Source: Faecousia sp. (lineage in GTDB: Bacteria > Bacillota > Clostridia > Oscillospirales > Oscillospiraceae). Taken from it: a stretch of 64,000 nucleotides of DNA. The stretch lies in assembly GCA_045652545.1 (NCBI GenBank), contig JAZRUM010000080.1:1355-65354 (forward strand), read 5' to 3'. A model generated the notes under the pieces. It searched no databases, was not told the origin of the DNA, and worked only from the letters and a program-made list of their open reading frames with translations. Shown one piece after another: positions 38,990 through 48,828 of the stretch (position 1 is its first letter; every line of letters begins with the position of its first letter). Position numbers and translations under genes: made by a program.

Positions 38990-39334
38990 ATGGATACATT
39001 GGAAATGACGCTGCTGTTTGACTACTACGGAAATCTTCTTACAGAACGTCAACGGATGTGCTTTGATCTGCGTCATAACCAGGATCTGTCTCTTGCAGAG
39101 ATCGCTGAAGAATTGCATGTAAGCCGACAGGGTGTTCATGACAATTTGACCAGAGCGGAAGCGCTTCTTCGCAATATGGAGGAGAAGACCGGCTGTGTTC
39201 GCCGTGATTTGGCTTGCCGTAAGGCGGCTAAGACCATAGCTTCTGCAGCGCAAGCACTTACGACCCATAGCGACAGCGCTGTTTCCGGATTGGCCCTGCA
39301 GATTCTTAAGGCTGCAAATGAACTTGAGGAGTAA
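38990..39334 (+). CDS. ylxM: YlxM-family HTH protein (SRP-associated)
   Basis: LFDYYGNLLTERQR..DLSLAEIAEELHVSRQGVHD; precedes ffh. Confidence 0.93.
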   Translation: MDTLEMTLLFDYYGNLLTERQRMCFDLRHNQDLSLAEIAEELHVSRQGVHDNLTRAEALLRNMEEKTGCVRRDLACRKAAKTIASAAQALTTHSDSAVSGLALQILKAANELEE

Positions 39335-39337
39335 CCA

Positions 39338-40687
39338 ATGGCATTTGAAGGATTAACTGAAAAAATTTCTGCTGCCTTCAAAAAGCTCAGAGGCAAAGGT
39401 CGTCTGAAAGAGTCCGATGTCAAAGAGGCTATGCGTGAGATACGGCTGGCGCTTTTGGAAGCAGATGTGAGCTATAAGGTCGTTAAGGATTTTACAAAGT
39501 CTGTGACAGAACGCTGTGTTGGCGCGGATGTGCTGGAGGCGCTGAGCCCTGCACAGATGATCGTTAAAATCGTCAACGAAGAATTGACTGCGCTTATGGG
39601 CAGCGATGCCAAGCATATTACCATCAATCCTAACGGACCGACAGTGGTTATGCTGGTGGGCTTGCAAGGTGCCGGTAAAACTACCAACGGCAGCAAACTG
39701 GCAGGACTGATGAAGCGTCAAGGTAAGAAACCGCTGCTGGTAGCCTGTGATATATACCGTCCTGCTGCGATCCAGCAGTTGAAGGTATGCGGCGAGAAAT
39801 TGGACATTCCTGTATTTGAAAAAGGTCAGTCGGATCCGGTCCAAATTGCAAAGGAAGCGGTTTCTTATGCCCGTCAGCACGGTCATGATATGGTGTTTCT
39901 GGACACTGCCGGTCGACTTCATGTGGATGAGACGCTGATGCAGGAACTGCAAAACATCAAAGCGCAGGTCCATCCGGATGAGATTTTGCTTGTTGTGGAC
40001 GCTATGACCGGTCAAGATGCCGTCAATGCTGCCCAGAGCTTTCATGAATGGCTGGATATTGATGCGGTTATGCTCAGCAAGCTGGACGGCGACGCCAGAG
40101 GCGGTGCGGCATTATCGGTTCGGGCCGTGACCGGCAAACCCATCAAATTTGCAGGTATAGGTGAAAAACTCGAAGATATCGAAGTATTCCACCCGGACCG
40201 CATGGCATCACGGATTCTCGGCATGGGCGACGTTCTTTCCTTGATCGAAAAGGCTGAAAAGGCATACGACGAGAAGAAAGCCGCCGAGATGGAGGAAAAG
40301 CTGAAGTCCAACAAGTTCACGCTGCAGGACTTTTACGATCAAATGGTGCAAATGCGTTCCATGGGTTCTATGCAAGACATTCTTGCGCAGCTTCCCGGTG
40401 GCGGCAATTTAAAAAATCTTCAGTTTGATGAAAAGGCAATGGCGCACACGGAAGCCATTATTCTTTCCATGACACCCGGAGAGCGGGAAAATCCCGGAAT
40501 TATCGGTGCCAGTCGAAAGAAACGTATTGCAGCAGGTGCCGGACTGAAAGTGGAAGATGTTAACAGACTGCTGAAATCTTTCGATCAGATGCGCGCCATG
40601 ATCAAGCAGTTTACAGGTCCCGGAGCAGGCAAAAAAATGAAACGAATGCGCGGTTTCGGTGGTTTCCCCGGGTTTCCCGGTTTTTAA
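39338..40687 (+). CDS. ffh: Signal recognition particle protein Ffh
   Basis: ALLEADV, GLQGAGKTT, DTAGRLH, DGDARGG, Met-rich M domain. Confidence 0.98.
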   Translation: MAFEGLTEKISAAFKKLRGKGRLKESDVKEAMREIRLALLEADVSYKVVKDFTKSVTERCVGADVLEALSPAQMIVKIVNEELTALMGSDAKHITINPNGPTVVMLVGLQGAGKTTNGSKLAGLMKRQGKKPLLVACDIYRPAAIQQLKVCGEKLDIPVFEKGQSDPVQIAKEAVSYARQHGHDMVFLDTAGRLHVDETLMQELQNIKAQVHPDEILLVVDAMTGQDAVNAAQSFHEWLDIDAVMLSKLDGDARGGAALSVRAVTGKPIKFAGIGEKLEDIEVFHPDRMASRILGMGDVLSLIEKAEKAYDEKKAAEMEEKLKSNKFTLQDFYDQMVQMRSMGSMQDILAQLPGGGNLKNLQFDEKAMAHTEAIILSMTPGERENPGIIGASRKKRIAAGAGLKVEDVNRLLKSFDQMRAMIKQFTGPGAGKKMKRMRGFGGFPGFPGF

Positions 40688-40748
40688 TTGTTCGTTTAAG
40701 CAAAAGAGCTTTGCGATATAGAAAAGAATTTATGGAGGTGAATACACA

Positions 40749-40988
40749 ATGGTTAAAATCAGATTGAGAAGAATGGGTGCTAAGAAGGCTCCTTACTACC
40801 GTATTGTTGTTGCTGATTCCCGCAGCCCCCGTGACGGCCGCTGCATCGAGGAGATCGGTACCTACAACCCCCTGACCGAGCCTGCAACCATCACTGTTGA
40901 TGCACAGAAGGCTCAGAACTGGATCAAGAACGGCGCACAGCCCACTGACACTGTCCGTGGTCTGCTGAAGAAGGCCGGTGTCCTGTAA
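40749..40988 (+). CDS. rpsP: 30S ribosomal protein S16
   Basis: [30 protein letters not shown]. Confidence 0.99.
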   Translation: MVKIRLRRMGAKKAPYYRIVVADSRSPRDGRCIEEIGTYNPLTEPATITVDAQKAQNWIKNGAQPTDTVRGLLKKAGVL

Positions 40989-41007
40989 GTTTCCCATAAG
41001 GAGTCGT

Positions 41008-41241
41008 ATGATGAAAGAACTTTTGCTGTATATGGCAAAGAATCTGGTGGACGATCCGGATGCTGTTTCAGTCACTGAGGTCCAAGATGAAGAGGGCAAG
41101 GTGCTGGAACTCCGTGTTGCCCCCGGTGACATGGGAAAGGTAATTGGCCGCCAGGGTCGAATTGCGAAGGAGATTCGCACCATCGTAAAAACCGTTGCAC
41201 AGCGCACCGGTGAAAAGATTGCGGTGGAGATTGTTGACTGA
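41008..41241 (+). CDS. khpA: KH-domain RNA-binding protein KhpA
   Basis: LVDDPDAV..DMGKVIGRQGRIAKEIRT. Confidence 0.93.
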   Translation: MMKELLLYMAKNLVDDPDAVSVTEVQDEEGKVLELRVAPGDMGKVIGRQGRIAKEIRTIVKTVAQRTGEKIAVEIVD

Positions 41242-41243
41242 AT

Positions 41244-41278
41244 GAAAAGCGTGATGCAGTTTTGCATCACGCTTTTCT
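41244..41278 (+). terminator. Terminator-like hairpin after khpA
   Basis: GAAAAGCGTGATGCA-GTTT-TGCATCACGCTTTTC. Confidence 0.75.
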
Positions 41279-41344
41279 CTATTTATATCTTGTTTCGTGA
41301 TAGGATTCCTGCTATAATACTTAAAAATACCTCGGAGGTTTTGT

Positions 41345-41836
41345 ATGAAGCTTGAATTTTTAGAGGCTGGAGAAATTGTAACCACCCATGGCGTTAGGGG
41401 TGAGATAAAGGTTCTGCCGTGGTCAGACGGTCCGGATTTTTTGACGAATTTTAAGCGTGTTCGTATTTCCGGGCAGACGTATGCTGTAGATAGCTGCAGA
41501 ATTCAGAAAACCTGCAACCTCTTAAAGCTTCGTAACGTTGATACGGTGGAGGCTGCACAGCTGCTGCGTGGTAAGATCGTGGAGATATTTCGGAGCGATG
41601 CTCCAAATGAACTGATTTTTGCAGCGGAACTGATAGGAATGCGCGTTATCTGCGACGGTATGGAATTGGGTACGATCACAGATGTTCTGGATTACCCGGG
41701 AAATAAAGTTTACGTAGTAGAAGGACAGCACACCTATATGATCCCTGCTGTTAAGGAATTTGTATTATCCACCGATATCGAATCAAATGAAATGCATGTG
41801 AAGATCATTGAGGGGATGCGTACAGATGAGAGTTGA
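41345..41836 (+). CDS. rimM: Ribosome maturation factor RimM
   Basis: GEIVTTHGVRGEIKV, ELIGMRV, IPAVKEFV. Confidence 0.95.
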   Translation: MKLEFLEAGEIVTTHGVRGEIKVLPWSDGPDFLTNFKRVRISGQTYAVDSCRIQKTCNLLKLRNVDTVEAAQLLRGKIVEIFRSDAPNELIFAAELIGMRVICDGMELGTITDVLDYPGNKVYVVEGQHTYMIPAVKEFVLSTDIESNEMHVKIIEGMRTDES

Positions 41837-42578
41837 TATTTTGACCCTGTTTCCCGAAACCTTGGGAGATGTTCTGTCTGAGAGTATTCTGGGACGCGCG
41901 CAGGAACGGGGTTTTATCCGGATCGAAACCCACCAAATACGGGATTACACGGCCAACAAGCAAAATCAGGTTGACGATTATCCCTATGGTGGCGGTCGTG
42001 GCGCTGTGATGACGGCTGACCCGTTGTACCGGTGCTGGGAGGCAGTATGTGACCAAGCAGCCGGCCCGGTCCATACGATTTATTTGTCACCTTGCGGTCA
42101 CACCTTCAAGCAGGCCGATGCTATCCGATTAAGTAAAATGGACAACTTGATTTTGGTTTGCGGACATTACGAGGGAATCGACCAGCGATTTATCGACGAA
42201 TGTGTCGATGAAGAAATATCCTTGGGAGATTTTGTGCTTACCGGTGGAGAAATCGCAGCAATGGCGGTTACGGATGCTGTTTGCCGTATGGTACCCGGCG
42301 TGCTTGCAGATCCCGAGTGTTTTGAGGATGAGAGCCATTATAACGGCTTGTTGGAGTACCCCCAGTACAGCCGTCCGGCAGTTTGGCATGGGCGCGAGGT
42401 TCCTCAGATATTATTGTCAGGCGATCATGGAAAAGTAGCCAAGTGGCGAAGAAAACAATCTTTGCGCCGTACCCGTGAGCGACGCCCGGATATGTATGAG
42501 AAGTTAGATTTGTCAAGCAAGGCAGATAAAAAGCTTCTGGCTGAGATCGACGCAGAGGATCATGATGAAATAAGATAA
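41826..42578 (+). CDS. trmD: tRNA (guanine37-N1)-methyltransferase
   Basis: TLFPE, VDDYPYGGG, CGHYEGIDQR, SLGDFVLTGGE. Confidence 0.98.
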   Translation: MRVDILTLFPETLGDVLSESILGRAQERGFIRIETHQIRDYTANKQNQVDDYPYGGGRGAVMTADPLYRCWEAVCDQAAGPVHTIYLSPCGHTFKQADAIRLSKMDNLILVCGHYEGIDQRFIDECVDEEISLGDFVLTGGEIAAMAVTDAVCRMVPGVLADPECFEDESHYNGLLEYPQYSRPAVWHGREVPQILLSGDHGKVAKWRRKQSLRRTRERRPDMYEKLDLSSKADKKLLAEIDAEDHDEIR

Positions 42579-42580
42579 AA

Positions 42581-42900
42581 CGCCAACCGTCAAAACTAAG
42601 GTTTTGACGGTCGGCGAAGTCTGTCAAAAAACGACTTTTTTGACAGACTGACAGAGGTCAATAAAGGTCCAAAGACAAGCAAACCGGACTCGTCGGCGTA
42701 CATAGGTACGGTAGAGACCGGTTTGCGCAGTAAGTCAAAACCCTTGCGTTGCAAGCCTTAGTAATTTTGATAGTTCTGAAGTATATCGTAATATTGCCAA
42801 ATTATCATAGAAACGAAAAGCCCAAACCGCCAAATATGGTTTTGACGGTTTGGGCCTTTTTTGACACTCTGAGCCGACCGTCATTTGACGGTTGGCGCTT
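42581..42900. mobile_element. Hairpin-rich intergenic region with a TIR-bounded MITE-like core (42652-42871)
   Basis: CAGAGGTCAATAAAGGTCCAAA vs reverse complement of right end CAGAGTGTCAAAAAAGGCCCAAA; flanked by two related GCC(A/G)ACCGTCA..TGACGGT(C/T)GGC hairpins. Confidence 0.6.
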
Positions 42901-42902
42901 TT

Positions 42903-44621
42903 TTATACCGGCTTGTAATTTACAATGATACTTTGATCCGTTAAAGACTTTACATCTTTGACTTTTGTTGCATAGACATTCACTTCAATTAAAAGTGGGC
43001 AGTCTGCAAGGGGCTTCACAGATGAAATGTTAGTGTTGTAGTCCATGTGTACGATGTTCAAATGGGATAGTCCCCGAAGCTTTTCCAGTGTGGATATCTG
43101 GTTGTGAGAACCTTTGATCGTTACCAACTGGCAGGATTTAGGGAATGCTGGCAGGTTCTTCACCTGGTTATAGGAAAAATCAAGGTACATCATATTGGTT
43201 AATGCTGAAAGCTGGGAAATGTCTGTCAGGGAATTCGAGGAGATATTCAAATCAACCAATGCAGTACAAGATGCCAGAGCAGACACGTTGCTAAGCTGAT
43301 TGCTTCCCAAATTCAAGTTTGTCAGGTTGGCCAGATTGGAGAACTGTCCAAGAACGCTGATCTTATTGACACTGGCATCCAGCCAGGTCAGTGACGTGAT
43401 TTTACAGGCGGGCTCCAGTGTTTTTAATGCATTGTATGAGATGTCAAGCTTTGTCAGATTGGACATGCCGGACAAAGCAGTGATGGCAGTCAATGCATTG
43501 TGTTGCAGATTCAGCTCCTGAAGATTCAACAAGGAAGACAAAGCGTCGATCTTGCGAATGGAGTTGTTGCTAAGATTCAAATAGGTTAGTCCTGTCAATT
43601 TAGACAGGGGAGAGATATCAGACAGAGAACAATTAGAAAGCGTAAGTTTATTCAGCGCCAATAACCCGGAAATCGCGGACAGCGTTTCCCCGGATATGGC
43701 GGTGTTTTGAATGGTTAATTCCTTAAGATTAACCAACGAGGACAAAAAGCTTAGCTCTGATATTTTTAGGTTATTAGCAGTCAGCTGTTCCAAAAATACC
43801 AAGTGTTTTAAGTCGGAACAATCCTTTGCGTTGGATGGAATTTCATAGCTTTTGATCGTCCAAAGATCGCTTGTGGTCAGCGGTGTATCCTCATTCACAT
43901 TCAACACGGAACGTATGGATGCTTCAATTGCAGGATCGGTAAAATCCACCTGCTGTATCACGCCGCCAATGGTGTATCCGTAAATGGACAGCGGGCTCAC
44001 CAAACCCTCGTTAGAAATTGCAAGAGTATATATGGTGTTTTCACCGTCTGCTAAAGCGATGGGCGCAGAATAAGGGGCGGAGTCAATGCTGGGGTATTGG
44101 CTGTCAGTAGAGAAATATATTGTGCCGCTGTCGCAAGAGAGGGTAGCGGAGATGAATTGACTGTAAAAACCCGGCTCCGGAGAAATTGTAGGCGTTGCAG
44201 GGCGCATCGTCTCGAGTTGGTTTTTGATGTCCGGATTGGAGATGTTGTCAAGCATCGTCACTGCATCTAAAAGCTTATCTTGCTCCACATATGTACGGCA
44301 TAACGCCACATACAGTTCTACACCACCGCCATCTTTGATGGCGTTTGCTAAAGTGTACTCTGCCTTCGTAAAATTTCCGATGGATTTATACTGCTCAGCC
44401 AGCTCAATAGCCACATCATCGCCGTTGCCGGATTGTGCATACGCAACATTATAGAACCATGCGGCGAGGCTGTGATTGCCTTGGGTTTCGCAAGTTCTGG
44501 CCATTCCCAACAGAACATCCTTGGTAAATGCCCGGTCATAAATAAGCAGATACCAAGCGGTACAAAGGATGATTGCGACTGCCAAAATGACAGGCAGTAT
44601 TATTCGTATAGCTTTTTTCAT
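42903..44621 (-). CDS. Membrane-anchored internalin-like leucine-rich-repeat protein with helical (TPR-like) and Fn3-like domains
   Basis: N-terminal TM; IYFSTDSQYP..YSAPI Fn3-associated-like motif; FTDPAIEASIR cap; many 22-aa LxxLxLxxNxL repeats. Confidence 0.85.
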   Translation of the reverse strand: MKKAIRIILPVILAVAIILCTAWYLLIYDRAFTKDVLLGMARTCETQGNHSLAAWFYNVAYAQSGNGDDVAIELAEQYKSIGNFTKAEYTLANAIKDGGGVELYVALCRTYVEQDKLLDAVTMLDNISNPDIKNQLETMRPATPTISPEPGFYSQFISATLSCDSGTIYFSTDSQYPSIDSAPYSAPIALADGENTIYTLAISNEGLVSPLSIYGYTIGGVIQQVDFTDPAIEASIRSVLNVNEDTPLTTSDLWTIKSYEIPSNAKDCSDLKHLVFLEQLTANNLKISELSFLSSLVNLKELTIQNTAISGETLSAISGLLALNKLTLSNCSLSDISPLSKLTGLTYLNLSNNSIRKIDALSSLLNLQELNLQHNALTAITALSGMSNLTKLDISYNALKTLEPACKITSLTWLDASVNKISVLGQFSNLANLTNLNLGSNQLSNVSALASCTALVDLNISSNSLTDISQLSALTNMMYLDFSYNQVKNLPAFPKSCQLVTIKGSHNQISTLEKLRGLSHLNIVHMDYNTNISSVKPLADCPLLIEVNVYATKVKDVKSLTDQSIIVNYKPV

Positions 44622-44772
44622 ATCGTTGACCTTTCGAGTAACTTCGTCAAATAAATTATACTTTTAAAGAAGAATGATGTCAAGTGTGGACGAGCAATTG
44701 GTTAATAATGGTACTTCAAATCTCCACGAATCGCATGGTTATTCTGTTAGAATATAAACGGAGGGATGACAT

Positions 44773-45735
44773 ATGTTTGCAAGGTTAAAAGGGATATTGT
44801 TTGCGGTTGTGCTTGGACTGATTTGTCCAATGGTAATCATCGGGTTTGTAAAGAGGAATGTAAATGTGCCGGATACTACAACACCGGAGGATACAACGAA
44901 AAAGCAGGTAGCGAAAAATGATAGTGTATTTATCGATGTTTTACAGGAAAACGGTTCTGTTGCAGCAATGGAGATAAATGATTATTTAACCTGTGTTGTT
45001 TTAGGTGAAATGCCTGCTGCATTTGAAAATGAAGCGTTAAAGGCCCAGGCTGTTGTGGCACGAACCTACACGCTAAGGCGACAGGCGATGGGGGGAAAAC
45101 ATATTGACGCTACAGTTTGCACAAATTCAGATTGCTGCCAAGGGTACTATGATTTAGCATCCTATTTGGATAACGGCGGAAAACAAGAAGATGTAGACAA
45201 GGTGAAAACTGCAGTAAAAATGACGGACAATCTAGTGCTTACTTACGGCGGAGAGCTGATAGACGCAACCTATTTTTCATGCTCCGGTGGTATGACTGAG
45301 GACGCGAGGGCTGTCTGGGGCGCGGATGTGCCATATCTGCGATCGGTAGAGAGTCCGGGAGAAGAGTCTGCAGCCCATTACGTTGATACCATTTCGTTCA
45401 AAACATCGGAGTTTTTGCAGTCGTTGGGATTGGATGCAAAGAAAAGTGTAAAAATCGGAAAAATAACCTATACCCCCGGTGGCGGCGTGGACACAATTCG
45501 AGTTTGCAACGAGGAGTTTAAGGGAACACAGTTGCGGCAAAAGCTGGGACTTCGTTCCACTGCCTTTGTAATATCTGTTGTGGGAGATACGGTGACCATC
45601 ACCACAAAAGGGTTCGGTCACAGAGTTGGTATGAGCCAGTACGGAGCGGATGCCATGGCAGTTTGCGGCGCTACTTTTCCGGAAATTTTAGCACACTACT
45701 ATCAGGGTGTACAGCTTGTAACATACGATAATTGA
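44773..45735 (+). CDS. spoIID: Stage II sporulation protein D
   Basis: YLTCVVLGEMPAAF..EALKAQAVVARTY, PYLRSVES, GFGHRVGMSQYGA..ILAHYY. Confidence 0.93.
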   Translation: MFARLKGILFAVVLGLICPMVIIGFVKRNVNVPDTTTPEDTTKKQVAKNDSVFIDVLQENGSVAAMEINDYLTCVVLGEMPAAFENEALKAQAVVARTYTLRRQAMGGKHIDATVCTNSDCCQGYYDLASYLDNGGKQEDVDKVKTAVKMTDNLVLTYGGELIDATYFSCSGGMTEDARAVWGADVPYLRSVESPGEESAAHYVDTISFKTSEFLQSLGLDAKKSVKIGKITYTPGGGVDTIRVCNEEFKGTQLRQKLGLRSTAFVISVVGDTVTITTKGFGHRVGMSQYGADAMAVCGATFPEILAHYYQGVQLVTYDN

Positions 45736-45760
45736 CATTTTATTGGTTTTGCATTAGAAT
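45732..45760 (+). promoter_or_regulatory. Sigma-A promoter of metA
   Basis: TTGACA-17nt-TAGAAT. Confidence 0.7.
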
Positions 45761-45792
45761 AATTATAAACTAATATAAAGTGAGAAATTACT

Positions 45793-46719
45793 ATGCCTAT
45801 TCAGATCCCAAATGACTTACCGGCAGCAGGAACGCTGCAGCAAGAGAATATATTTGTAATGACCGAAAATCGTGCAATTGCGCAGGATATCCGTCCTCTT
45901 GAAATTGTACTGTTAAATTTAATGCCCACAAAAGTCGTGACAGAAACGCAGTTTTCTCGCTTACTGGGAAACACGCCTTTGCAGGTACACCTGGAATTGA
46001 TGCATACAACCACCCATGTTTCCAAGAACACTGCGCAGGATCACTTGCTGAATTTCTACAAGAGCTTTGATGAGCTGAAGCATCGCAAGTTTGACGGCAT
46101 GGTCATTACCGGTGCACCTGTTGAGCAAATGAAATTTGAAGATGTGGATTATTGGCAGGAGCTTTGCCAGATCATGGAGTGGAGCAAGACAAATGTCCAC
46201 AGCACATTGCATATTTGCTGGGGTGCACAGGCGGGTCTTTACTATCACTACGGTGTTCCTAAGCACGACCTTCCCGAAAAACTTTTTGGCGTTTTCCGCC
46301 ATAAAGCAGATTATAAACGATCTATTTTACTGCGTGGTTTTGATGATCAGTTTTGGGTTCCCCACTCTCGCCACACCACCGTGTTGCGTGAAGATATTGA
46401 GGCTGTCCCCGGTCTTAAAATTCTTGCTTCTTCCGAAAAAGCCGGCGTATATGCAGTCATGAATAAGGCGGGGCGTCAGATCTTTATAACCGGTCATTCA
46501 GAATACGACGCAGATACACTGGAGCGGGAGTACTTACGGGATAAAAATTTGGGACTGCCCATTCAGGTTCCGGAAAATTACTATCCCGATGATGACGATA
46601 CGCGCGATCCGATGGTGTTTTGGCGCGCCCACGCAAATTTGCTGTTTTCAAACTGGCTGAATTATTTTGTTTATCAGACGACTCCGTACCAAATCATGAA
46701 CATCGGTCAGGAAGAATAA
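45793..46719 (+). CDS. metA: MetA-family homoserine O-acyltransferase (probably acetyl-CoA specific)
   Basis: [36 protein letters not shown]. Confidence 0.96.
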   Translation: MPIQIPNDLPAAGTLQQENIFVMTENRAIAQDIRPLEIVLLNLMPTKVVTETQFSRLLGNTPLQVHLELMHTTTHVSKNTAQDHLLNFYKSFDELKHRKFDGMVITGAPVEQMKFEDVDYWQELCQIMEWSKTNVHSTLHICWGAQAGLYYHYGVPKHDLPEKLFGVFRHKADYKRSILLRGFDDQFWVPHSRHTTVLREDIEAVPGLKILASSEKAGVYAVMNKAGRQIFITGHSEYDADTLEREYLRDKNLGLPIQVPENYYPDDDDTRDPMVFWRAHANLLFSNWLNYFVYQTTPYQIMNIGQEE

Positions 46720-46729
46720 TATATATTAA

Positions 46730-46764
46730 AAACCGGACTTCACTTCAAATGGAGTCTGGTTTTT
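46730..46764 (+). terminator. Terminator after metA
   Basis: AAAACCGGACTTCA..TGGAGTCTGGTTTTT. Confidence 0.75.
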
Positions 46765-46837
46765 GTTTGCAAAACATTTTCTTGCCAGTGACGATGATTT
46801 ATGACATAATATAATTGCAAGTAAAGGAGGTGCTGTA

Positions 46838-48535
46838 ATGGTTTTAAAAATTGACGGACATGTAATTGATGCCAAACCGGGACAATCTCTTTTGGATTTG
46901 ATCCGGGAGCTGGGCTTGGACAGTGATAAATTATCGGAAAGACCCCTTGCTGCAAAACTGGCCGGTGAAATTTTTAATTTAAACTATATTCCGGTACGCA
47001 AAAAGGATTCTGAGCCGGACAGGAATTCTATTCGTCGGGCTATGGATGCGTCCGGTGGAAATGTTACGCTTCTGCGTTACAGTGATCCTGCAGGTCGTGA
47101 TGTGTATACCAGGTCAGCACAATTTATGTTATTTCTTGCGTTACACAGGCTTTGGCCGGATTCCCGGACCAAGATGAACTGCTTGATCGGCAATGCACTT
47201 CACATTGAAGTTAGGGACAATACCTTTTCCGTTGAGAAGCTAAGGTCAGAACTGGAAGAGCTTGTACATATGGATGCACCGCTGGTTCGCAAACGGATGC
47301 CGATTTCTGACGCAGTGCAATACTATCAGAAAGCAGGATTTGAGGATAAAGCGCGTTTGCTTTCTTGGCGAAATCAAGATTACTTTGATGTGTATATATA
47401 CGAAGATTTTGCCGATTATTTCTACGGGGAACTAGTACCCAGCATGGCATACCTGCAGGTGTGGGACCTTATTCCTGCGCAGAATGGATTTATGTTTCTT
47501 TATCCGGATGACACGGACCCTGATTTCGTTTCAAAGTACGTGGAAATGCCGAAATTTTTTCAAGTGAGCGATGAAGGCGAACGCTGGTGTGAGCTTATGA
47601 GCTGTGAGAGCGTTGCCGACTTGAATGCGCTTGTTGAAAGTGGAAACATTCGTGAATTGATTCGGATCAATGAAGCGTTGCACGAAAAGAGATATAGCCA
47701 AATTGCGGATATGATCTGCAAAAAGGGCGCAAAAGCGATCATGCTGTCTGGTCCCAGTTCCTCCGGAAAAACAACATCGGCAAACCGGTTGGCGACGCAG
47801 TTGCGGGTACATGGCAAGAAGCCGATCCTTATGAGCCTGGACAACTATTATTTCGACAGAGACAAAATATTGCCCGGCCCTGACGGCTCTTTGGATTTAG
47901 AACATATTAACACCATTGATGCACAGCTCTTCCGTGAGCATTTGTGCCAATTACTTGGTGGCAAATCTGTGGAACTACCCACATTTAATTTCAAAACGGG
48001 AAAACGGGAGTGGAGTGGTGAATTTCTTAGTTTAACGGATGAAACCATTATTATTGTGGAAGGACTTCACGCATTAAATCCGCTCATGCTGCCTGAAACC
48101 TTAGACTCACAGTGCGTTTTCAAGATGTATGTAAGCCCGTTGCTGCCTTTGAATTTGGACGATCATAATCGAATTCCTACAAGTTTGTTACGGCTCTTAC
48201 GCCGCATCGTTCGGGATTACGAAACCCGGGGCGCAACTGTGGAAAGAACCATGCAGATGTGGGACTCTGTGCGACGCGGTGAAAAGATTTGGATATTCCC
48301 ATTCCAGGAACATGCTGACGTGATATTTAACAGTTCGACGCTTTATGAATTGTCTGTTCTGAAGAAGCATATTTTCCCGCTGCTGCTGGCTGTTCAGCCG
48401 GAGGAAAGCTGCTATGATGAAGTACGGAGAATTGTTAAAATTCTCAACTATGTTCTTGAGGCTGATGTTGATGACGAAATACCGCCTACAAGTCTTGTTC
48501 GGGAGTTCATTGGGGGAAATTCTTTTTATAAATAA
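46838..48535 (+). CDS. Uridine/nucleoside kinase with N-terminal ThrRS-like domains
   Basis: INEALHEK, GPSSSGKTT, EGLHALNP, RRIVRDY, REFIGG. Confidence 0.9.
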   Translation: MVLKIDGHVIDAKPGQSLLDLIRELGLDSDKLSERPLAAKLAGEIFNLNYIPVRKKDSEPDRNSIRRAMDASGGNVTLLRYSDPAGRDVYTRSAQFMLFLALHRLWPDSRTKMNCLIGNALHIEVRDNTFSVEKLRSELEELVHMDAPLVRKRMPISDAVQYYQKAGFEDKARLLSWRNQDYFDVYIYEDFADYFYGELVPSMAYLQVWDLIPAQNGFMFLYPDDTDPDFVSKYVEMPKFFQVSDEGERWCELMSCESVADLNALVESGNIRELIRINEALHEKRYSQIADMICKKGAKAIMLSGPSSSGKTTSANRLATQLRVHGKKPILMSLDNYYFDRDKILPGPDGSLDLEHINTIDAQLFREHLCQLLGGKSVELPTFNFKTGKREWSGEFLSLTDETIIIVEGLHALNPLMLPETLDSQCVFKMYVSPLLPLNLDDHNRIPTSLLRLLRRIVRDYETRGATVERTMQMWDSVRRGEKIWIFPFQEHADVIFNSSTLYELSVLKKHIFPLLLAVQPEESCYDEVRRIVKILNYVLEADVDDEIPPTSLVREFIGGNSFYK

Positions 48536-48550
48536 GAAAAAGGCGTTCGT

Positions 48551-48828
48551 AGGGCGACACCCCGTAAGGAAGTAATGCCTGAAAAAGGGCCTCTATTCCA
48601 GCAATTCTGCGTTAAAATGCTCGAAATACACAAAGTATTTCTGCGCTTTTTGCCTTGCTTGACAGGAATATTTACCCTTTTCAGGTGCTATGCAGTTTTG
48701 AATTATTAACTTTTTTGATTAACAAATAACAAAATTGCCGGAATGCTGTCGCATTTCGGCAATTTTTTATGCAGTTAAGCGGAAAAGGGGCCGTTCAAAA
48801 CCAATACTTCCTTGCGGGGTGTCGCCCT
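48551..48828. mobile_element. 278-bp MITE-like structured element (Y-shaped), in terminator loop
   Basis: 24-bp TIR (23/24) AGGGCGACACCCCG(T/C)AAGGAAGTA; two long internal hairpins; flanked by AAAAAGGCGTTC / GAACGCCTTTTTT. Confidence 0.72.

Noticed and set aside
44622-44772. Sigma-E promoter for spoIID
   Set aside because: Expected from known biology, but I could not pick an unambiguous consensus match.
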